Shown here one piece after another: positions 37,110 to 46,545 of a stretch of 64,000 nt of DNA. Position numbers and translations under genes: made by a program. The stretch covers positions 1-64,000 of the forward strand of contig PLCF01000062.1 in the NCBI GenBank assembly GCA_003135555.1. The letters run 5' to 3'. Every line of letters starts with the position of its first letter. Position 1 is the stretch's first letter. Below the pieces are notes generated by a model, which had not been told where the DNA came from, did no database searches, and saw nothing but the letters and a program-made list of their open reading frames with translations. The DNA is from Vulcanimicrobiota bacterium. GTDB lineage: Bacteria > Vulcanimicrobiota > Vulcanimicrobiia > Vulcanimicrobiales > Vulcanimicrobiaceae.

Positions 37110-38213
37110 ATGGAGGGTGTCATGCAGACGCCGGATCCTAAGGTACTGAACGATGTCTATAGTCGATACAAGTTAAGCTTTTCGGAAATTCCAGAAGTTA
37201 GTGTTCCATCGGCCCATAGCGTTGAAATGGAACTGGTTTGCGCAAAGGAGTCGTATGCTGCCTATGCTGTTTATCCTGATTTGCCCGGAGACCCAATGCA
37301 TGACCGCGTTCCCGTGGCAAACAGCGCCTTGTTCGTCCCGGGTGCTCTCGATGTCGCAGGGTTCTTAGACGCGGCCGCGGGCGACTGGGAGAGCCCACGG
37401 GGTTATCGCGAGATCAAAACCGATCGCGCTGGCGCCTTGGTGATTTGGAAGGATAACCACGTGATCGTCGCCTTCCGCGGTACGGCCAATTGGCAGGATT
37501 GGATTCATAACGGCAATTCAAAGAAGATCTCTCCCCCAATCGGTGAGATCGGTGAGTACGGATCCCTTGTACTGCATATGGGCTTCTATGGCCTCACGGA
37601 AAATATATTTCCGGCAATTCTCCAAGCGATAATCTATCGTGCAACAGCGATACAGTCAAATTTGTCGCATCGCTCACCCCTAGTCCTGACACTTTGCGGG
37701 CACAGCCTGGGCGGGGCGCTCGCCCTATGCTTTGCTGCTAAGCTTCGAAAGCAAAAATTGGAGCCCGGCACGATACCAGGGCCCGTGCTAGGCGCTACCT
37801 ATACTTTCGGCGCTCCTCGCATCGGAAGAGGCTCGGTCTGGCGATTCATCGAGCGTCCTCACTATCGGCTCATTGTTTCGGGCGATCCGATACCGCGTTT
37901 TCCGCCCGGCTTCGACGAGGACTACGAGGCCACGTACCTCGGAAGGCCGACGCAACCCGTAAGTCAGCCGAAGTCGGTTCTTAAGAAAATATGGCGTGCC
38001 GCCGAATCTACGATTCTTAGCCGTGTAGATGTCAAATGCCATGATATGGAGATCTACATAGCTTCGATTACACAAAAGCTGGCTGCAACGAGACCCAATA
38101 TACTTTCAACGAACGCGCCGCCGCAAAGTCCAGCGAAAACTGATCTGACTACCAAACACCAGGAGTACCTTAAGAAACTTTCCGCTTTAAGGCCTCGTCT
38201 GCCGCGACGATGA
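37110..38213 (+). CDS. Lipase class 3 family protein
   Basis: VAFRGT, HMGF, GHSLGG, YTFGAPRIG, GDPIPRFP, HDMEIY. Confidence 0.92.
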   Translation: MEGVMQTPDPKVLNDVYSRYKLSFSEIPEVSVPSAHSVEMELVCAKESYAAYAVYPDLPGDPMHDRVPVANSALFVPGALDVAGFLDAAAGDWESPRGYREIKTDRAGALVIWKDNHVIVAFRGTANWQDWIHNGNSKKISPPIGEIGEYGSLVLHMGFYGLTENIFPAILQAIIYRATAIQSNLSHRSPLVLTLCGHSLGGALALCFAAKLRKQKLEPGTIPGPVLGATYTFGAPRIGRGSVWRFIERPHYRLIVSGDPIPRFPPGFDEDYEATYLGRPTQPVSQPKSVLKKIWRAAESTILSRVDVKCHDMEIYIASITQKLAATRPNILSTNAPPQSPAKTDLTTKHQEYLKKLSALRPRLPRR

Positions 38214-38520
38214 AGACTGTCCCCTCGACGAACATGAACAAGCGCAAAGCTTCGAGCGTCTCAATAGCGACGGACGGCAGGCAACGGTCCAGGTCGTCCA
38301 CCACTACTACCAATTGCTGGATGTCGGCGTCGACAAGCAGCTGGCGGAATTCTTCCCGAAAGCTATGAATCTTGTTGAGTGACATCGCGTTCCTGTGCGT
38401 CCTTGAGCCAAGCGTCATCGTCGGATGAGTCCGAAATGGCACCGCGGGCCGTTTCCAGTGCTCCTTCGGTGAGCAGGCTCGTGCCCGCGGTCGGGATCGC
38501 CAACGCGGCCGATGCCACCT
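38170..38520 (-). pseudogene. KAP P-loop NTPase (QatA-like) internal fragment
   Basis: LVVVVDDLDRCLPSVAIETLEALRLF...FIVAADE; no Walker A; both ends missing. Confidence 0.75.
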
Positions 38521-38881
38521 TAGTTCAGATGTTCGCGGTCGCTGTTTGCATAAGGAATGAGTCTATGGCGAAACTGGCGAAGGCGTGAAAGCTACCGATG
38601 ATGTGTACGTATCCGATATGCTGGTGCGTCACGAGCGAAACATGGCATGACGACGAGTCCGGCGCGTTCTGCCGCGGAGAAGCCGGCGTTGCAAGGGCCC
38701 GCGAGGCGCGCGATGGCGAGTAGCTCGTCGCGCCGGTCGCTCTTGGTCCTTGCGATTCACGACGCATTCTTGGACTAGGCCGATACCGTGTTGATGTGAG
38801 CATCACGTCGAACATTCACGATCTCTCTCGCGCGCCGCTTGTTCGCCTGCCGGCTGCGCGGCTACCGGCGGGAAATCAGCC

Positions 38882-40363
38882 ATGAAGAGATTGAGGCCGC
38901 AGGACGTCGGCGGCATGCCGGTCGACGCGCTCCATCGGCTCGGGCTGGCGATGCCGGGCGTCGTCTCGCCGTCGGCCGAGGGCATCACCATCCGGGGCCG
39001 GGGGGCCGACCCGCGCGGCCTCTCCGTCCGTCTGCTCCTCGACGGCTCGAATCCGGGCGGCTTCGCGCGGTCGTGGTCCGGTGTCGAACCGCACAATCCG
39101 GGCAGCACGATGGATTTGGCCGGACGGGCTGAGGCGCGCCGCGTAGCGCGCGAACGGCTGCAGACCGGCCGACTCGGCGACTTCATCTGGCCGGTCGCGA
39201 CGGCCGCGCCGGATCACCGCTTCGCGATGCTCAACGACATCCTGGTCCCGGCGTTCTTCGACGAGCATCCGGGGGGCCAGATTCATCTCGTGGAGTGCGC
39301 GCCGGGATTCAATCGGTCGCTGGCGCTACTCAGCATCTTGCAGCGGGCGAATATCCTGAAGACGGCAGATCCCGCCACGCTTCAGGCCTATCTCGGCAAA
39401 TCGGCGATGTCGACGTTCGGCCTCAACGTCCCGGCGGAAGCGCTCTTCTCGGCGCTCACGTTCGGCCTGTCGTGGTCGTACCCGACGCTTCCTGGCTTCG
39501 TCGGCACGTGCGGGCACGAACGCTTCCTAGTGTTTCTTCTCGAAACGCCCTACGAGGTCGAAACGCCGGACGCCACCTCCTTCGAGCGGATGCTGCCCAA
39601 CATGCTCAACATCATGGGGGAGCGAATCGAGACGAGTCCGCTCGCGCCGCCCGACTACGTCCCTCCCCCTCTCACGCGCCCGCTAGACCGCCGTCGCTTC
39701 ACGGTCGACGAGATGGCGACGTATCTGCGCGCCTACGTCGACGCGCTCGGCGAGACGTTCGCGTGGCTGGGCGACCTGGACAACTACGGCAAGGAAGCTG
39801 AGCCCGACGTCCTCGACGTCGACTTCGCGCAGGCGACATGGCTCACGTTCTTCGTCCTGCTGGCGGTGCAGTTCGAAATCATCACGAGCCGCGTGCACTT
39901 CGCGCGCAAGTTCGCGTTCTTCGATTCGCTCGAACTCTACACGGCGCTCGTCACGTCGAACTTCGGCGCGCAGACGAACACCTGGATCTCGCTCGCGTCG
40001 GACGCGCACGCGCGGCAGACGCTGGTACCGCAGTTGAGCCGCTTCGGCGCCGTCGGTGCCGAACTCGCGCAATCCGTCGCCGCCATCCGCGACCGCGCGA
40101 GCGATGTCGTGACGCGCGGACTGCTCTACCCGCGCGACGCCGCCGGCAACGTGCTCTTCGGCGGGTCGTCGCTGCCGATCGATGCATTCGAGCCGAAGCT
40201 CTACCGCGAGCTGCGGAACACGCGCCACGGCTTCGCGATCCGGAACGCCGCCGTCCTGAACGTCCACACGGGCGATATCAGCAACGATCTGCCCGACCTC
40301 AGCCTCGCGATGTTCCTTGGCCTGCTCGCCGACAAGACGCCGTTCACGCTGAAGCGCGCGTAA
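38882..40363 (+). CDS. Hypothetical protein, possible C-terminal HEPN
   Basis: 493 aa, strong GC3 bias; YRELRNTRHGF. Confidence 0.75.
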   Translation: MKRLRPQDVGGMPVDALHRLGLAMPGVVSPSAEGITIRGRGADPRGLSVRLLLDGSNPGGFARSWSGVEPHNPGSTMDLAGRAEARRVARERLQTGRLGDFIWPVATAAPDHRFAMLNDILVPAFFDEHPGGQIHLVECAPGFNRSLALLSILQRANILKTADPATLQAYLGKSAMSTFGLNVPAEALFSALTFGLSWSYPTLPGFVGTCGHERFLVFLLETPYEVETPDATSFERMLPNMLNIMGERIETSPLAPPDYVPPPLTRPLDRRRFTVDEMATYLRAYVDALGETFAWLGDLDNYGKEAEPDVLDVDFAQATWLTFFVLLAVQFEIITSRVHFARKFAFFDSLELYTALVTSNFGAQTNTWISLASDAHARQTLVPQLSRFGAVGAELAQSVAAIRDRASDVVTRGLLYPRDAAGNVLFGGSSLPIDAFEPKLYRELRNTRHGFAIRNAAVLNVHTGDISNDLPDLSLAMFLGLLADKTPFTLKRA

Positions 40364-40585
40364 CCCGATTCGGGGCAGGGGAGGGTGCAGAACGTTTGCG
40401 TCGGACGGATGCGCTTATTCTTCGCCATGGACGCTCTCAACATGCTGGGCTACGAGGCGCTCACGTACCGTGATGCGGCGCGCGGACGTACCGTGTAGCT
40501 GACGAAAGGGGAGGTCTTGCACGGATTGCGCAGCGCTAGAACCGAAACGCTTAGGGATCAGGACGTCTACGTGCGATCGCGAAGC

Positions 40586-40623
40586 AAAAAAAAAGAGCCC
40601 GCCGTGGCCGAAACCAGGCGGGC
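40586..40623 (-). terminator. Rho-independent terminator
   Basis: GCCCGCC/GGCGGGC hairpin next to an A9 run on + (U9 on minus). Confidence 0.7.
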
Positions 40624-40660
40624 CATTCTAGTTCCACAACGGCTTCGCCCACAAGAGGCC

Positions 40661-40860
40661 TTGAGGCTCAATGCTGAATGATCAGCCCGGCATTCGTTTG
40701 AGCGCGCTGATGACTCCGCGCTTCATCGTCCCGCGATCGACGGCGCGGTGGCCCTTAGAGTTAATATCAAGGCTGCTATCGCGACCGACAACAACGAAAT
40801 GGTCGTACGCGCCCCTGCGGGCAGGTGTCGGGCTGATCCTGCTGAGAAGCTGACCCTCAA
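40661..40860 (+). ncRNA. Candidate structured RNA, multibranch
   Basis: Outer stem TTGAGG/CCTCAA; 15-bp stem 40680-40694/40824-40838; five internal hairpins. Confidence 0.45.
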
Positions 40861-41618
40861 TGCCGGACGAGTATAGCGGCGGAGTTTTGGGAGGCCAAAA
40901 GCCGTGCCCGAAGTGCCGAGCGATCGTGCCGGCCGTCGCGAAGATTTGCGCGACATGCGGCTCCTCGTTGCCACGATCACCCGTGTCGGATCTCGGTGCT
41001 CCGGCAAAGCCTTCGATCAAGACATGCGCCTCTTGCGGCTCAACCGTGCCGATCTCGGCGAGGATTTGCGCGTCCTGCAACTCGTACTTCCCGCGCGAAA
41101 CCAAATCGCAGTCATCGCCGGACTACGGAATCACAGATGCAGCTCCGACGCGCCACCCCTCTCCATCGGGTAGCCCGGTAGCCGGACTCGTCATCATCGC
41201 GCTTGTTGTGGCAGTCGGGTTCGCCGGGTTCAAGTGGTACGCGGGTCAAAATCCGGAGGCAGCCGGCCGCGCTTCGGCGCGCGCGTCTACAGGCGATGGG
41301 CCCACCGCAGATCCGAGTACTGGAACATTTTCAGGTTCAGACGAAATATCTGCTTTGCCGACACCAGCGCAAGATCTGCTACGTTTTGTCGGTCGGACCG
41401 GACATACCGTTGAAGAGAATGCAGAAATGGGCTGTGAAGATCGCTACACGGGCTCGGGCCACTACCCGGGCACGATTCACGTATCTCCAGCCGACCTTGG
41501 TGCCAGTTATGTTTCATGGACTACGTGCGGCTTTACGTTCAAATTCCGGATTTCAGCCGACGGAAATCACGTCGCTGCTCTCAACAATCCGGCCCTTTCA
41601 GCGCTTGGAGGAGAATAG
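40860..41618 (+). CDS. Double zinc-ribbon membrane protein
   Basis: CPKC..CATC, CASC..CASC, one transmembrane helix. Confidence 0.8.
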   Translation: MPDEYSGGVLGGQKPCPKCRAIVPAVAKICATCGSSLPRSPVSDLGAPAKPSIKTCASCGSTVPISARICASCNSYFPRETKSQSSPDYGITDAAPTRHPSPSGSPVAGLVIIALVVAVGFAGFKWYAGQNPEAAGRASARASTGDGPTADPSTGTFSGSDEISALPTPAQDLLRFVGRTGHTVEENAEMGCEDRYTGSGHYPGTIHVSPADLGASYVSWTTCGFTFKFRISADGNHVAALNNPALSALGGE

Positions 41619-41861
41619 CAGCGTCGTTTGCTGCGAATTTTCCCCTTCATCGATAGCCGAATCTGTTTGGGATACTAGCCGTCCTTGGAAGTCGCTATCG
41701 CGTTGGCGATGGTCTCGGACGACTTGAGCTACTGCAGCCTCCGACTTCGTCACGATCACGCCCGCGCCCATTGGCGCTCCAATCTGACTACGCGTTGCAG
41801 TTCGGGGTCAGGGGTCCAGCAGAGTGACAAAAACGGGGGCGTCGCGTCGGCTCTAACGCGA

Positions 41862-43013
41862 TCAACGCAGCAAGTGCCCTAGATGGCGCTTACGGAGCAC
41901 GTCGGAGCCTCCAAGGAGCTTCGATACCTCGCTCTTGCGAGGCCGTGCGCCTTGGGATCGAAGATGGCGAATCGCGGCCTCGATTTCTTCGATGCTGGGG
42001 CTGTAAGTAGAGCGGTCAAAGTACTCTCGCACGATGCTCCAGTACCAGAATGGAGCGTGCGGCAAGTGTTTACCTAGATAGCTCGCGGACAGGCCGAGGC
42101 GCGTCGACCTTTCGATGAACTGGAGCGGCCAGTCACGTAGTAAGAACGCGGCCATTCGCATAAGGCGCGCGCGCTGAGGAACTGGGAGGAGCTCAAATAG
42201 TTGTAGACTCCCTCCGAAGGCCGGCTCGAAATCCGCGATGGCGAGCTCAGTGCCGAGATGCTTGCGAAGCGCTCTCGCCGCTCGACCGGAGGATAGCACG
42301 ACAAGCAGCACCCGCAACCCAGCGAAGTAGAGATGCGGAAAGAGGACTTGGTCAGCGATCATCGCGGTTCCACTAGCAACAATGTCGCCGAGGCCCTTCG
42401 TAAACTCCACTGCGTCTGGCGGCGCAGCTCTACCATCGATCAGGCGAAGGTCGCTTTCACATTCGAAGCACGTCGTAAGAAGTCGCGCGTCAAGTGCGGC
42501 TCGGTCGCCAAGATCGCGGCGGTGGAAATGCACTGGCAAAAGACATCGTGGGCATCGATCGCGCAACTCCAGTGCGTGTCGCACGCAAACGGTCGAGAAA
42601 GCTAGGCGCCATGTTCGGCGATAGTATGGTTGTTCGGATAAGCATGCCGGGCAGAATTGTTGCCCAAACCGCCGCCTGAGCCGGTGATAGACTCCGATCG
42701 GCATGATCCACGGCGTGTGTCCGTTAGGTTGGTGTTGCTCGAATACAACGCCCTCTAGTGACGCTAGGCTGGTCTGAAATGCCGCCGTCATAGGAGTGCT
42801 GGTGCCCCGCGCCATCTCCTCTAGCACGGACTGCGGGGCGAAGTTGTCGATATCTCGATTCCAAAGGTCACGTCCGGGCCACGCCAGCGATGTAAAAGTA
42901 TGCAGCTTGAGTCCGTTGCCGGCAGCAGTCCGAACGATCCATGAGGTTAACAGCTCATCCTGTAGAGGCTTCGGGTGAAACGGCCAGAGATTGCCGCGAT
43001 CTCTGGCCGCCAC
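41862..43013 (-). CDS. tniQ: TniQ family target-selector protein
   Basis: PKPLQDELLTSWIVR, QFCPACL, YRRTWRL, CVRH, CPRC, CFEC. Confidence 0.93.
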   Translation of the reverse strand: MAARDRGNLWPFHPKPLQDELLTSWIVRTAAGNGLKLHTFTSLAWPGRDLWNRDIDNFAPQSVLEEMARGTSTPMTAAFQTSLASLEGVVFEQHQPNGHTPWIMPIGVYHRLRRRFGQQFCPACLSEQPYYRRTWRLAFSTVCVRHALELRDRCPRCLLPVHFHRRDLGDRAALDARLLTTCFECESDLRLIDGRAAPPDAVEFTKGLGDIVASGTAMIADQVLFPHLYFAGLRVLLVVLSSGRAARALRKHLGTELAIADFEPAFGGSLQLFELLPVPQRARLMRMAAFLLRDWPLQFIERSTRLGLSASYLGKHLPHAPFWYWSIVREYFDRSTYSPSIEEIEAAIRHLRSQGARPRKSEVSKLLGGSDVLRKRHLGHLLR

Positions 43014-43016
43014 TAG

Positions 43017-43883
43017 CTACAGAGTCCTCTCGCGGTTGCGTCCAGAGGGCGACGTATAACCCACTCGATCGAGTACCGAAATAGTGATTTGTTCCTTGCG
43101 GGACTCGATGGCGTGAAGCGCTGCGCGCCTTAGAAGCGTACTTATCTCACCAATAGTGCCCTCCGTCATGCTCAGGACCTTTAGTGCGATACGTTCGGCT
43201 GTCAGGTTCGACGCCTTCTGAAGGGGAAGCGTTTTCTCGAAGGTAGCGAGCAACCGAAGGTATTCGTCGCCCATCCTCCACTTCGGCAGGATCGCCGGCT
43301 CGAACCGACTCGCGAGCTGTGGATCAGTATTGATAGCAGCGAACGCTTTCTGAATCCCCACGCCGACGATCGGGATCATCAGCTCATTGCCCATTTGCTT
43401 GATCATGGCCAAGAACTGCCGTTGCCGCTGGCGATTTCCAGAGAGGATGTGGTGAATCTCATCGATGATCAGAACGCGAACGCCGACTGTTTCTAGTAGC
43501 CGCATGACCTGAAACTCTCTTTGGTCTAAGCGACTGGCAGCCTTAAACGGGGCGCGCAGAGCATGCAGGATAGCGTTGTAAAAGCGGCCCTCTTCCGGCA
43601 CATGCGGCGCTTCCACGAGCAGCACCGGAAAGCAAGACGCATCGCCCTCAAGGTTGAGCCGCGGCGGATGCTCTCGCGCGAATTTGCGCACGATCATCGT
43701 CTTGCCGTTGTTCGTCTCGCCGACGATTAGTACGTTTCCCATCCTATGCGTCTTGGGCATCGTCAGCAGGTCTTCGAGCTGGGCCAATATCTGCAGAGCC
43801 CGCGAGTATGCCATCCAGCGGACGCCGCGGATAGCTGCGATGCGCTCGGAGTCATCTTGAACCGTGCCGCCGCCGGTGATCAC
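43017..43883 (-). CDS. tnsC: TnsC/TniB AAA+ ATPase
   Basis: GETNNGKT, VLIIDEIH, DPQLASRF; GTGA overlap with tnsB. Confidence 0.95.
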   Translation of the reverse strand: MITGGGTVQDDSERIAAIRGVRWMAYSRALQILAQLEDLLTMPKTHRMGNVLIVGETNNGKTMIVRKFAREHPPRLNLEGDASCFPVLLVEAPHVPEEGRFYNAILHALRAPFKAASRLDQREFQVMRLLETVGVRVLIIDEIHHILSGNRQRQRQFLAMIKQMGNELMIPIVGVGIQKAFAAINTDPQLASRFEPAILPKWRMGDEYLRLLATFEKTLPLQKASNLTAERIALKVLSMTEGTIGEISTLLRRAALHAIESRKEQITISVLDRVGYTSPSGRNRERTL

Positions 43884-45745
43884 GCGTCCTCGATCTCGAA
43901 CGGCTCAATGTCGGAGCGTGGAAGAATCCCCACGTTGTCCCCAGACTCTGGCAACATAGTATGGCTGACGACAAGGCTAAGGCGCGGGCGTCGCTCGGTG
44001 GACCTTCTCCTCTCGGCGGCGCGCCGCACCGCCTTAGTCCTGCCAGCAGCCTCTTCTTGCTTCTGCCGCAGACGCTCGTACGATTCGAAAATGGCGTCCT
44101 CGTCAACATGCTCGTTGGCGTCCTTCGCCAGCTCAACTGCACGTCTATGCTCCCAGATGCTCATCGGCGGCCGTGACAAATTACGATACGGGATCGAGAA
44201 ATACTGTCGGAGATCTTCGTTCCAGAAGTAAATCGTGCTAATATCTCGCGGATCTCGCCGAAACACGAATTCCTTCGCTTTGCCGTCGACCTTCATGTCG
44301 CCGAACGGAACAAGCACCTCATCAAAGTAGGTGATATTGTCAATCTGGACACCATAGTTTTGTATGGTGCGTAATTCGAGCGGCAGAAAGTCCAGGCGCA
44401 GTCGGTCGCTCTCGAAGCGACGCCGCATGCCGTAGGGCAGGCGGCCGCCCTTGCCCACCGTAGCATCTTGCCAGCGCTGAAGCGGGGACATCTTGATGCC
44501 CGCATGTACTTTTTGGTGGTACACGCCAGTTATGTACTCGGCCATCCATGATTCGAGCTCCGCCAGGGTCATCACCGCGCGCTTCGCCGAGTCGTATTCT
44601 CCGCGCTCTGCCGGGCTCGAAAAGGTCGCGCCGGGCAAGGTCTGAAGCGCCTTACTCAGAGTGCCCATCATCCGCTCGATGTGGCCGCCATAATGAGGTG
44701 TCGCTACCGGGCGAAACTGGATGTCTATATCATATTGTTGACACGCACGCCGCAGCATCGTGCCGCGAAACTCCTTCGCGTTGTCGACGTGGATTTTCGA
44801 CGGGAGCCCCCAGCATGGCCACTTATTGGTAATGTTGCGCCGTGCAAGCCAGGCTTCTTTAGGATAGATAGCGTGCGAAAGTGCGAGACCTGTTGAAAGG
44901 GCGCCGACTGGGTCGAGGGATATACAGAAGCCGAGCACCATCCGGCTGTAGACATCGAACACCAAAGTAATGAACGCGCGATCGATCGGGCGCCGGAACT
45001 CTTCGTCCACAAGCATGACGTTGAGCGGCGTGTGATCTATTTGGACCAGCGAAAGCGGCCCCTGTGCCTCGTCAAACGTTCCGGGCCTCAGAGTGTGCCG
45101 GTCCCTTGCGATCTTGGAATGAGCGCGCCGGCGTAGCAGATCGTACTCGGTAATTTGCGCGATTCTGGCTCGCACCGTGTTTGCGTGCGGCGGTAGAATC
45201 CCAGCGTTTCGACATCGTCGTCCGACTTCGAGAATCGTCGCTTGCGCCGTCGGCTGCTGCACCGTCAGGTAAAAGTCCTCGATCGAAGCCTTCAGTATTA
45301 CCTCCGCATCCGGGCGGAGGCGCGCCCTTCCGCGCCCGCCGCGTTGGCTTAACAGCGGTAGAAGCGATGAGAGCTTTCCCGATGAGCGAAAGACACGGCG
45401 CCAACGATACAGAGCTGATGCCTCGAAGCCGAATTGGGACGCACGTTGCTCAAAATCGTGACGCGCGTGTCTTCTGTCGTCGAGGAACGGCTTTATGATC
45501 TCAAGCCTCTCGCGAGCCATTGCCCAATCCCGCGCTGTAACTAACGTCAGTTCAGGCGCCAGGTTCGGTTTGGTAGTCGCTGGAGGCACGGGACGAAGGT
45601 CTGGGATCGCTAGGCGTTCTGGAAGACCTGTCTTCGTATCTTGGGCGAGTACCGAAGTGAGGTCGAGCACGCGCATGATCTGGTAGTGCCGTCCGTCAAC
45701 CGTCACTTCTGCGCCTGGCTCAACAACCACGTCGTCTGTTTTCAT
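43880..45745 (-). CDS. tnsB: TnsB DDE transposase
   Basis: VQIDHT, IHVDNAKEF, GHIER; DPRDIS C-terminal domain; ATGA overlap with tnsA. Confidence 0.95.
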   Translation of the reverse strand: MKTDDVVVEPGAEVTVDGRHYQIMRVLDLTSVLAQDTKTGLPERLAIPDLRPVPPATTKPNLAPELTLVTARDWAMARERLEIIKPFLDDRRHARHDFEQRASQFGFEASALYRWRRVFRSSGKLSSLLPLLSQRGGRGRARLRPDAEVILKASIEDFYLTVQQPTAQATILEVGRRCRNAGILPPHANTVRARIAQITEYDLLRRRAHSKIARDRHTLRPGTFDEAQGPLSLVQIDHTPLNVMLVDEEFRRPIDRAFITLVFDVYSRMVLGFCISLDPVGALSTGLALSHAIYPKEAWLARRNITNKWPCWGLPSKIHVDNAKEFRGTMLRRACQQYDIDIQFRPVATPHYGGHIERMMGTLSKALQTLPGATFSSPAERGEYDSAKRAVMTLAELESWMAEYITGVYHQKVHAGIKMSPLQRWQDATVGKGGRLPYGMRRRFESDRLRLDFLPLELRTIQNYGVQIDNITYFDEVLVPFGDMKVDGKAKEFVFRRDPRDISTIYFWNEDLRQYFSIPYRNLSRPPMSIWEHRRAVELAKDANEHVDEDAIFESYERLRQKQEEAAGRTKAVRRAAERRRSTERRPRLSLVVSHTMLPESGDNVGILPRSDIEPFEIEDA

Positions 45746-46401
45746 GGTGTCTCTCGCCGGAGCAAGAGCTCCGTGTTCAAGGTCAGCGGCTCCGTGAGGC
45801 ACGCCGAGACAATGGTGCTCTGCGACAGATGATGCCAAAGTGTCGGGACCAGCTCTGCCCTGTAATCCGGATCATCGTCGAACTCGGAAAGAAGGGCGCC
45901 AACGCTAATCGTCCCGAGACGCTTCAGGGCGGCGATCAGGACCGCTGTGTGCTCGCGATCAGGTTCGTGCCTGCGGAATGGCAGTAAGAACTTCGCATTT
46001 TGGAGGACCGGGGTGCGAATCTCGACCTCCGTCATTATCTGGTACTTCCAACCTCGTTGCCAGGCGTACGCCATCGCAGCACGCAGCCTCGGCTTGTATT
46101 CGCACCACCGCTCGAAGAGCTCGTTGCGATACTTTACGTCACAAAGCAGCGGCGGCCGGCCGAGGCGGTCGTCATACTCGATGTAGAAGTCGGGCACGCC
46201 GCGGCGGACGTCTCCCCGGGGCCCTCGGTATTCCAGACGAAGCGGCTGAGCGTCGTATCGAACTACACCCGCGTCGAATTCGAGAAGGGTCGCAAAATCG
46301 CGCTCTAATGTGGATTCGACCCCAACCATTTGACGGGTCTTCGCGCTCGCAACAAAGCCTCGAACACCCCGACCTCTGGCGGGAATCCGGCGCACGCTCA
46401 C
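45742..46401 (-). CDS. tnsA: TnsA endonuclease
   Basis: ESTLERDF, QPLRL, VPDFYIEY, CDVKY, TEVEIR. Confidence 0.93.
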   Translation of the reverse strand: MSVRRIPARGRGVRGFVASAKTRQMVGVESTLERDFATLLEFDAGVVRYDAQPLRLEYRGPRGDVRRGVPDFYIEYDDRLGRPPLLCDVKYRNELFERWCEYKPRLRAAMAYAWQRGWKYQIMTEVEIRTPVLQNAKFLLPFRRHEPDREHTAVLIAALKRLGTISVGALLSEFDDDPDYRAELVPTLWHHLSQSTIVSACLTEPLTLNTELLLRRETP

Positions 46402-46420
46402 GAGGTCTTCCTCCGTGAAA

Positions 46421-46545
46421 CTGGTTGCACCAATTGTCGTGACTCTTCCAACTGGTAGCGATAACTCCTGTTAGCCAGTAGCGTTAACTTCTGTGAATCG
46501 GGCCGCTAGGAGGCTGCACAGTAGCACGAACTCGCGGAATTGACA
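46421..46545 (-). repeat. Transposon end (tnsA-proximal) with four putative TnsB sites
   Basis: Minus strand TGTCAATTCC, GAGTTCGTGCTACTG, ACAGAAGTTAACGCTACTGG, ACAGGAGTTATCGCTACCAG, CAATTGGTGCAACCAG. Confidence 0.9.

Larger units (their letters stand above)
3844..46545 (-). mobile_element. Tn7-like (Tn6022/AbaR-type) transposon, 42,702 bp, inserted in comM
   Basis: Ends TGTCATTTCC / GGAATTGACA, GGCGG duplication, internal repeats at both ends, tnsABC-tniQ at right end. Confidence 0.95.

Noticed and set aside
38544..38574. dif-like Xer site (GTTTGCATAA...TATGGCGAAAC)
   Set aside because: Arm spacing does not fit the 11-6-11 layout and the XerD arm match is poor.
40707..40799. Hammerhead ribozyme (CTGATGA and CGAAA present)
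   Set aside because: No stem II pairs the bases after CTGATGA with those before GAAA; each motif sits in a separate hairpin loop.
40860..41618. Zinc-ribbon ORF as TnsF
   Set aside because: It is convergent with tniQ, has a transmembrane helix and lacks a recombinase-like domain.
3844..46545. CRISPR-associated transposon (CAST)
   Set aside because: No cas genes recognised and no repeat-spacer array seen; the end repeats are contiguous TnsB-type sites without unique spacers.
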